Of a DNA stretch of 8,867 nucleotides, positions 1 to 7,140 are shown one piece after another; position 1 is the first letter of the stretch, and the number at the start of each line of letters is the position of its first letter. Position numbers and translations under genes: made by a program. The DNA comes from Octopus sinensis (taxonomy: Eukaryota), in assembly GCF_006345805.1 (NCBI RefSeq), contig NW_021828230.1:1-8867 (forward strand), in the 5' to 3' direction. Under the pieces are notes generated by a model that did no database searches, was not told the DNA's origin, and was given only the letters and a program-made list of their open reading frames with translations.

Positions 1-140
1 ATTCAAACGTACACTTGCATACATTTATATACACATACACACACGCGTGCATATACATACATATATGCATTCATACATATATCTATATACATACGTCATT
101 CATACATATGTACATGCCTAGAAATATGTATATATATATG

Positions 141-203
<63 letters not shown>

Positions 204-290
204 TAATATATAATGAATACAAGCATACACACACGCATACACACACAACACCATATACACACATACACACATATACACACACATTAACAA
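1..290. repeat. Compound (TA)n/(CA)n/(TACA)n microsatellite field, with a pure (AT)n run at ~145-196
   Basis: Read directly from the sequence. ORF 15..206 (YIYIYI) is its translation. Confidence 0.95.
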
Positions 291-364
291 ATATCTAAAA
301 AGACGAAACAAAATACAAAATACAACCACACAAAGGAAAAGAACCATTTCAGTTTGATGATTCC

Positions 365-698
365 ACCAAGTACCACCACTGCCGCCGCCGCCGCCGCCAC
401 CGCCATCACCACTACCACAACCACCACCACCGCCACCAACAATCACAAGCATACGCAACCCCACCCTCCACCACCACCACCACCACCAACAACAACAACA
501 CAATCCCAAGCATACCACCACCACCACCACCACCACCACCACCACCATCACTACCACAACTACAAGCAATACCTCCACCACCACCACCACTACCGCCATC
601 ACTACCACCGCCACCAGCACCAGCACCACCACTATCATCATCATCATTGTCACCAACACCAACACTACCACCACCGCCACCACCATCACCATCACCAT

Positions 699-730
<32 letters not shown>

Positions 731-836
731 TCATTACCACCACCATAGCCACCATACCCACCACCGTCAGCATCACCACCACCACCACCACCACCACCAC
801 CACCAATACCACCACCACGACCGCCACCACCACCAA
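365..836 (+). repeat. Imperfect trinucleotide repeat field (CAC/CCA with CAT, TAC, AAC, GCC variants)
   Basis: About 470 bp of near-continuous CAC-type triplets. It produces the poly-His/Thr/Pro ORF (+) and the poly-Val ORF (-). Confidence 0.95.
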
Positions 837-971
837 ACCTTTGCCGCCTCAGTTATCATTGATTTTATCGTGTGTGATATTATCATCAAGAAGACCAAAT
901 GTTACTATCACACAAGTATTATTAGGTTGTTGGTTAGGAAATTTATCACACACGGGAATCTTGTTGCCGTC

Positions 972-1099
972 ATTGTTGTTGTTGTTGTTGTTGTTGCTGT
1001 TGTTTGTGTTGGTGGTTTTGGTATTGGTGGTAGTGGTGGTGGTGGTGGTGGCGGCAACGGTTTGTTTTTCTGGTTTTTTATTATTATTATTATTATTAT
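972..1099 (+). repeat. (GTT)n, (GGT)n and (ATT)n trinucleotide tracts
   Basis: GTT run ~975-995, GGT-rich 1011-1051, ATT run 1078-1099. Confidence 0.95.
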
Positions 1100-1193
1100 C
1101 ATCTTGTTTTTCGATTATTTAATGGTAATTCAATGCTTTATAAGATCGAGGTTAAAAGCTTTCAATATTCGGCAACCCACTGATTAGCTGTTG

Positions 1194-1205
1194 ATATATA
1201 TATAT

Positions 1206-1285
<80 letters not shown>

Positions 1286-1510
1286 TTGTATTGTATATGT
1301 ATGTATACATATTTATACATATGTATGATAATAGTAGGTTAGTATATATGTTTATGTGTGTATTTATGTGTAATATATATATATTTTCATATATATATAC
1401 ACACAACCGACACCCTACAGCCACACACACCACATACATATATATAAACATAAATGTATATAGTATAGATTTACACATACATGTATGTTATATATATATG
1501 TATGCATAGT
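1194..1510. repeat. (TA)n with degenerate TATG/TACA microsatellite
   Basis: Pure TA run ~1214-1271 inside degenerate TA/TG/CA sequence. Confidence 0.95.
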
Positions 1511-1544
1511 ATCTAACTATCTATCAACCTATCTATCTCCATAT

Positions 1545-1568
1545 AACACATATGTAAGTATATATATA

Positions 1569-1607
<39 letters not shown>

Positions 1608-1830
1608 GTATATATATATATATACATATATATTTATAATACACACGCACGCACCTAAAGTACACATTATACATACTACATACATACATACATTCACCCC
1701 CCACATAAACATGTTCAATAAACATGTGTGTGTGGTATATATATATGTGTGTATGCGTGTATCAATAAAATATATACCATATATATATATAATATATATA
1801 TATATATATAATATATATATTACGCACAGA
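1545..1830. repeat. (TA)n/(TACA)n microsatellite field
   Basis: TA runs at ~1560-1630 and ~1780-1820, with TACA/TG tracts between them. Confidence 0.9.
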
Positions 1831-2267
1831 CATATACCTTGTCATACCCACACACAAACGATTACCCACATCCCCCGCTGCACACTTCCCCACCCTACCA
1901 TCCAATCACCCCCATCATCAAACCAGCTTCACCATCCCACGGATATTTTATTTCTTCTTCCAACGATAATGATAATCTTCTTAAAATTGTCCAACACTTA
2001 AGCGGAGGCCATTTCAACACTATCGGATTTGATGTCACTTCAGTTACACTCGACTGTATTCCTGTCTTGCCGAATAACAAATATCTTTCTATCTCCGCCA
2101 TTCATGTGACAATTCGCTTCGTAATGGCGTACGGTGTGATTGTTATGACTTTGTAGAGGCTTTTTATTATCGCCTCATATATTCACGCTTCAATCTGATG
2201 TGCTGCTATCTCTCCATATAACTGTATCGCATCGTTAGCTTTTTTTTCGTTGTCTGTTTAGGATGAT

Positions 2268-2564
2268 ACGTACATACATACATACATACAAACATACATA
2301 TATACATACATATATATATATCGATATACATATATATATACATATACATATATATATATACATATATATATATACATAATATATATATAAAATATACATA
2401 TATATATACAATATATCTATATACATATACGTATATATATATACATATATCTATATATGTATATATATATATGTATATATATATGTGGATATATATACAT
2501 ATATATGTATATATATATATATGTATATATATTATATGTTATATATATATATATATATATATAG

Positions 2565-2616
<52 letters not shown>

Positions 2617-2622
2617 TATCTA
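2268..2622. repeat. (TACA)n/(TA)n microsatellite field
   Basis: About 350 bp composed almost entirely of TA, TACA and TATG units. Confidence 0.95.
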
Positions 2623-2696
2623 CAGGATGGTCCAAAGTCACGCAACGAAACATCTGACATTTTATTTATATTCCGTTAATGATTGCGTTATTATTA

Positions 2697-2805
2697 CGAG
2701 CATTGGGGTCGATATATAATCGACTTGTCCCCGTCCCCGAAATTTCAGGCCTTGTACTTTTAGTAGAAAGGATAATAATAATAAAAATGATAATAATAAT
2801 GATAA
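2697..2805 (+). mobile_element. 5'-truncated tRNA-derived SINE (3' end plus (ATA)n tail)
   Basis: GAGCATTGGGGTCGATATATAATCGACTTGTCCCCGTCCCCGAAATTTCAGGCC aligns with the 3' halves of the copies at 3030-3216 and 8213-8432. It continues TTGTAC...AGAAAGG into an ATAATAATA tail. Confidence 0.85.
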
Positions 2806-2821
2806 ATTTTATCATTATTAA

Positions 2822-3033
2822 GGCGACTAGCTGGCAGAACTGTTAGCACGCCGGACAGAATGCTTAGCGGCGTTTCGTCCGACTTTACGTTCTGAGTTCA
2901 AATTCCGCCGCGGTCGACTTTGCCTTTCATCGTTTGAGGGTCGATAGAATAAATACTTAGTAATGGGAGAATGAATACCAATAGAGTGCTGTGGTCGCAG
3001 TAATCGATTACTCACTCCCGCAAATTCCAGGCC
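2822..3033 (+). mobile_element. tRNA-derived SINE with intact head, 3' tail missing (Octopus-type; central domain resembles the MetaSINE 'Meta' domain)
   Basis: Pol III A-box-like TGGCAGAACTGT (2832-2843) and B-box GAGTTCAAATTCC (2894-2906). The body GTCGACTTTGCCTTTCATC...GGGTCGATA is shared with two other copies in the window. It carries a ~22-nt insertion near 2958-2979. The family and domain names are from memory. Confidence 0.88.
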
Positions 3034-3216
3034 AGCAATTCCGAGGAGTGGTAAGTCGGTTACATCGACCCCAGTGTTCAACTGGTACTTATTTTATCGA
3101 CCCCGAAAGGATGAAAGGCAAAGTTGACCTCGACGGAATTTGAGCTCAGAACGTAAAGACAGACGAAATGCTGCTGAGAATTTTGCCTGGTGAGCTAACG
3201 ATTCTGCCCGCTCTCG
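3030..3216 (-). mobile_element. tRNA-derived SINE, same family, minus strand, 3' tail missing
   Basis: Reverse complement reads GGCAGAATCGTTAGC...TTTACGTTCTGAGCTCAAATTCCGTCGAGGTCAACTTTGCCTTTCATCCTTTCGGGGTCGATAAAATAAGTACCAGTTGAACACTGGGGTCGATG. The block CAACTGGTACTTATTTTATCGACCCCGAAAGGATGAAAGGCAAAGT is identical to the one in the 8213-8432 copy. Confidence 0.92.
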
Positions 3217-3347
3217 AGTATCACCTAAAAACTTGTCTCTGGATTCCTTCAATTCGTGTCAACAATAACAGTCAGTTCCAGCCCTAAGCTTTCTTTTGAC
3301 CAACTCTAATTCGGTATCAAATGACGTTGAGGTGTGGTAGAATTATG

Positions 3348-3390
3348 GTGTGTGTGTGTGTGTGGTGGTGGTGGTGGTGGTGGTGGGGGT
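3348..3390 (+). repeat. (GT)n followed by (GGT)n microsatellite
   Basis: Read directly from the sequence. Confidence 0.95.
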
Positions 3391-3482
3391 TGTAAGAACG
3401 AAGTTTGATTGATTTTAAAATCCAAACATTTTTACGGCAGAACGTGAAAAAAATATTGCAAATGAGAAGTGTCATCTGGGTT

Positions 3483-3550
3483 AAACCAATGAAGGGATAC
3501 ATGACAAAAAAGGACCAATCAGGGATCGGTATTTGTCTAAACCAATCAGG
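3483..3550 (+). promoter_or_regulatory. Three same-strand NF-Y-type CCAAT boxes (candidate promoter/enhancer or LTR relic)
   Basis: AAACCAATGAA (CCAAT 3486), GGACCAATCAGG (3515) and AAACCAATCAGG (3542), spaced 29 and 27 bp. All fit RRCCAAT(C/G)(A/G). This is a motif match only. Confidence 0.35.
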
Positions 3551-3668
3551 ATAGAAATGCAGGAGTTGAACAGGGAAGACTAATTATAGTTAGAAAGGGA
3601 GGGGGACTAGCTAAGTGGGGTGGGGAAGGAAAAAAAAACTAAAATGAGAAATACATGGAAATAAGCAG

Positions 3669-4339
3669 GAACTACCAAAACCTCTGGTGTTGCGATTCTG
3701 GTACCATAAGAACTACCAAAATACCTGGCACCACGACTCTGATCCTGAAAGATCTGCTATAACCTTTGGTACCACGAAATTTTGGTACCAAAACAACTAA
3801 CAAAATCTCTGGTACCACGATTCTGGTACCCAAGGAACTACAAAAATTTCCGGTGTCATCAATATGGCACCAAAAGTACTACTGAAATCTCTGGTACCAC
3901 GACTTTGGCATTAAAAGAACTCCTAAAACTTCTTGTACAACGACTCATATACCATAAGAGCAACAAAAATCTCTAGTAGCACGTCTTTGGTACCAAAAGA
4001 ACAACCAAAATATCTGTTGCCACGACTCTGGTCCTGAAAGAACTACTATAATCTTTGACACCGTGCAATTCTAGTACAAAAAGAACATATAAAATCTCAG
4101 GTACCATGATTCTGCTAACAAAAGAACTACAAAATTCTCTGGTGTCACCAATATGGCACCAAAAATACTACTGAAATCGCTGGTACAAAGACTTTGGTAT
4201 TAAAAGAACTACTAAAATATTTGGTATAACGATTAACGTATCAAAAGAACTACAAACATCTCTGGTAGTCCAATATCTCATACCAGGACTTTGGTACAAG
4301 GCGAACTGCCGAAATTTTTGGTACCAGGTCTTTTGAAAA
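3669..4339 (+). repeat. 41-bp satellite/minisatellite, ~16 monomers, with a 7-monomer (289 bp) higher-order repeat
   Basis: Monomer starts at 3669, 3710, 3751, 3794, 3835, 3876, 3917, 3958, 3999, 4040, 4083, 4124, 4165, 4206, 4247, 4303. Approximate consensus GAACTACNAAAATCTCTGGTACCACGACTYTGGTACCAAAA. Confidence 0.93.
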
Positions 4340-4394
4340 TTTGAAACTGAAGCACAAAATACCACTGGGGCGGGTGTTACTTCTTGTACGGTAG

Positions 4395-4980
4395 AAGAAA
4401 TATTAGAGATGAGTAAGGGGAGAGAGCAGAGAGACAGGGATAGAGTGAAAGAGAGAGGGAAGAGAGAGAGAGAGAGCGGAGAGAGATAAAGGAGAAAGAG
4501 AGGATGTGTGTGTGTAAGAAGGAGGGTATGTTTATGAGAGAGAAAATAACTAAAGAATCGAGAAAGAGAGAGAGGGAGAGAGACGGGATCGAGAGAAGAG
4601 AGAGAGAGAGAGAGGGAGAATGTGTGCGCGTGTGTGTGAGAAAGACAGAAAGTAGCTAGTTAAGTACAATGGAGAAAGAGATAAAGTAAAAAGAGAGAGA
4701 CAGGGAGATAAAGAGCGGTTGTGTGCGGGAGAGAGAAAGTAACTAGGTGAGGACAATCGAGAAAGAGAGAGAGAGATAGAGTGAGAGAGAGGGCGTGTGG
4801 GTAAGAGAAAAAGAGAGAGTGTGTGAGAGAGAGAGAGAGAGAGAGAAAGAGAAATGAAAAGGGTGTGAGTGTGAGGAAATAGCTAAAGACAATCAAGAAG
4901 AGAGAGGTAGAGAGGAGGGAGAGAGGCAGAGGAGGGAGAGAGGCAGAGGAGGGAGAGAGGGAGAGAGAGAAGAGATGAAG
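4395..4980 (+). repeat. Polypurine (GA)n-rich low-complexity tract with GT islands, including a 17-bp unit x~3 at 4911-4960
   Basis: Read directly. The unit AGAGGAGGGAGAGAGGC starts at 4911, 4928 and 4945. Confidence 0.92.
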
Positions 4981-5066
4981 CAGACTTATAAAACCGATAA
5001 CGAAATATACAGATCTCTAATACCGATGTCAGAGTTAATAATGTTGTATCACAATATATATTACCG

Positions 5067-5245
5067 ACACTATCACTTCCAAACATTATCACCTCAGTCT
5101 TTCAAACATTATCACCCGAATCTTACAAAAATTATCACCTGAAGCTTTTTAACACTAATAACTACAGTTTACCAATACTATCACCATTGTCATCGTAACA
5201 TAGCATCTCTGTAACCCTATTACTATCACCATAGTCTTTCAAAGT
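5067..5245 (+). repeat. Degenerate 23-bp minisatellite (~7 units)
   Basis: AAACATTATCACCTCAGTCTTTC-like units start at 5081, 5104, 5127, ~5150, 5173, ~5196 and 5219. Confidence 0.8.
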
Positions 5246-5373
5246 GCTACCAACCCTTGACGTGTCTATACTATAAACTAAGCCTTCCCCAAATAATCGC
5301 AGGTATAAGACGTTGGCGGTATAACAAGAGAGAGATGTGGCTACTACTTTTGGAATGCCAAGTGATATCATAT

Positions 5374-5733
5374 TTAGTTAAGCACTTCACTCTGTATGGG
5401 GCATAGGCCATTAACGACTTTTCTTCGTTTTTCTCGATTCTGGGCTCTCTCAGGTCCACTACCGCAGTATATAGGCGCACCCGAAGAGGGCTTTGTCGTG
5501 GAGGGAAGGCCTTCCTATCCCAGGTCTTGGCTTTGTATTGTCTTTCTAGACAGGGGTCTTGGCCCTATGTAAACTCATTTTTTTTTACCTCTGGGTTCCA
5601 TGGTAGTCTGGCTTCTATCCATTAATCTGTCCACCATGGGCGGCCCTAACAGGTGCTTGCACTTCACTCACATAGCTCCCAGGGTCACTGAAGCGCACAA
5701 GTTGCCAAACCATCACAAGGACGGGTTCCTGTA
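5374..5733 (-). mobile_element. Short non-autonomous RTE-clade LINE derivative (5' UTR segment joined to ORF C-terminus/3' end)
   Basis: The minus strand starts CCTTGTGATGG...CTTGTGCGCTTCAGTGACCCTGGGAGCTATG...TAGGGCCGCCCATGG...GGATAGAAGCCAGACTA...AGGGCCAAGACCCCTGTCTAGAAAG, which resembles RTE 5' UTRs as I recall them. It ends (5451-5374) with ERAQNREKRRKVVNGLCPIQSEVLN*, matching the RTE C-terminal AQDRxxWRxxVxGLC motif and the GGCCTATGCYCC...GTGAAG..CTTAA 3' end. Flanks 5355-5373 and 5734-5750 look like a degenerate TSD. Confidence 0.75.
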
Positions 5734-6144
5734 GTGCTGAGTAATCATATAAGGCCCTACTTTTCCTATAAATGCTTCCATATTCTTGTATACGACTTAA
5801 AGTTCTTCATTACTCCACTGCCCACACTTCTACTCTTTTGAGAATATTAAAAACTATCTTTAAAAAATCGACATCCACTCAATGACACACTCAAGACCAC
5901 AAGAGACCACCTCCTCTGCTATTGCCACTGTTCCTTGGTGCCGTCTTCGCATTGTCTGTGAAAAATGATGCCTTTTGCCTGATTTGATGAACTTCTGAGA
6001 GCGAGATGCTTCAGATCTGGGTGTTTATCTTACCTAATATTGGTGACTCTCTACCAGTTGGTGTCATAATAGAAGGTTCAACAGCAGCAAGGGGAAATAA
6101 ACCTGCGACAACAGGGAGCGGTAGATGCCCCACCAGCCTAGTAT

Positions 6145-6290
6145 TGTCGTCGTCCCAACACCCTGACAAGTGGAGAACCGATATAGAGATATATTGAAGT
6201 AAACATTTCCCACAGTTCGTAGAGAAGGTTCCAGAAAAGCAAGGGGATGATTGTGTAGCATGTTGTAGGGAATTCACTACGCAGAAAATG
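6145..6290 (+). pseudogene. Possible decayed piggyBac-like transposase C-terminal fragment
   Basis: With one stop and one frameshift it reads RRPNTLTSGEPI*RYIE/KHFPQFVEKVPEKQGDDCVACCREF, similar to the GRP...RLxGRHFP...CxxCC pattern of PGBD4-like proteins. I found no supporting homology on either side. Confidence 0.25.
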
Positions 6291-6293
6291 GGA

Positions 6294-6358
6294 AGGATTT
6301 GGTTTGATGTGAAATAATTGAGGTCGAGGATTTGGTTTGATGTGAAATATTGAGGTCG
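6294..6358 (+). repeat. Near-perfect 33/32-bp tandem duplication
   Basis: AGGATTTGGTTTGATGTGAAATAATTGAGGTCG (6294-6326) followed by AGGATTTGGTTTGATGTGAAATA-TTGAGGTCG (6327-6358). Confidence 0.97.
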
Positions 6359-6430
6359 AGGAGAGAACAGTGAAATTTTTGCTGCAACTTAGGATCAGAA
6401 CAAAATAGGGTTTCTAAGTGAAAAATACAC

Positions 6431-6760
6431 CTCTGAAGAAAGGCTGTGTATGGAAGTGAAATGTTAAACCGATAAATTTGGCCAAGCTTTTGAAAGTGGT
6501 TCAACATTGATTTAGGGCAGTGAAGAGATAAAATTGATAATTTTGAAGCGGTTTAGTGTTAGAACAAAGCAAGATTTCTGGGTAAATTAGTACAAATCTG
6601 AAGAAGGGCAGAGTATGGAAGTGAAGTGGTAAACCGATAAGTTTGGCCAAGGTTTTGAAAGTGGAATAGGTTTGAAGTAGGGCAGTAAAAGGAAGTGATA
6701 TGGCAATAGCTTTGGTCAAGGTTTTAGAAATGGCACACCGTTGATTTAGGGGCAGCGTTT
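6431..6760 (+). repeat. Diverged direct repeats: ~100-bp block duplicated at a 165-bp period, plus a third ~45-bp core copy
   Basis: CTGAAGAA.GGC.G.GTATGGAAGTGAA.TG.TAAACCGATAA.TTTGGCCAAG.TTTTGAAAGTGG occurs at 6433 and 6598. The core TTTGGTCAAGGTTTT...TTGATTTAGGGGCAG recurs at ~6711. Confidence 0.9.
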
Positions 6761-6929
6761 AAGAGTGAGGAAAAGTTGAATAAATGCAAATTTGGGAAGT
6801 GCTAATATTGATTACATTGATTAGGAACGGTGACTGAAAAAAAGTGACAGCATTTTTAATGCAAGTGTCTGTGAAGTGATCCGTTATTGTTTTGGATGTA
6901 GATTGAAGAGGCGCATGCTTGGGTCAAGG

Positions 6930-6944
6930 TATAGTATATATATA

Positions 6945-6985
<41 letters not shown>

Positions 6986-7037
6986 TATATATATTATATA
7001 TATATTACACACATATATATATATATTATATATATAT

Positions 7038-7109
<72 letters not shown>

Positions 7110-7140
7110 ATATATATATATATATAACACACACTTATAT
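6930..7140. repeat. (TA)n microsatellite
   Basis: Read directly from the sequence. Confidence 0.97.

Noticed and set aside
354-1187. 277-aa His/Thr/Pro-rich ORF (and the antisense 246-aa poly-Val ORF), superficially like a histidine-rich structural or metal-binding protein
   Set aside because: Both are translations of CAC/GTT/GGT/ATT triplet tracts, which lack stops by composition. There are no Gly-His or other ordered motifs of known His-rich proteins, and both strands are open.
1839-2240. Non-repetitive island with ORFs of 105 aa (+) and 68 aa (-)
   Set aside because: No recognisable domain, the N-terminal part is C/A low-complexity sequence, and there are no convincing splice signals.
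2822-2910. tRNA gene suggested by A- and B-boxes
   Set aside because: No complete cloverleaf, and the sequence runs straight into the SINE body shared with other copies. It is a SINE head.
3669-4339. Regularly spaced GGTACC-containing repeats resembling a CRISPR array or a coding repeat
   Set aside because: There are no unique spacers (the whole monomer is repeated and degenerate), the context is eukaryotic with no cas genes, and the 41-bp period is not a multiple of 3.
5725-5790. Minus-strand RKSRALYDYSALQE, resembling the SH3 ALYDY motif
   Set aside because: Two in-frame stops lie shortly upstream, there is no usable splice acceptor in frame, and no SH3 continuation (ELSF, WW, GLFP) appears after it or beyond the RTE insertion. 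Treated as chance; a BLASTX would settle it.
5745-5835. Minus-strand GQWSNEEL*VVYKNMEAFI (Myb/SANT-like) and, in another frame, GVMKNFKSY (pogo/Tigger DDE-like)
   Set aside because: Three different frames of the same ~90 bp each give a short motif from unrelated families, with stops and no flanking support. This points to over-matching by eye.
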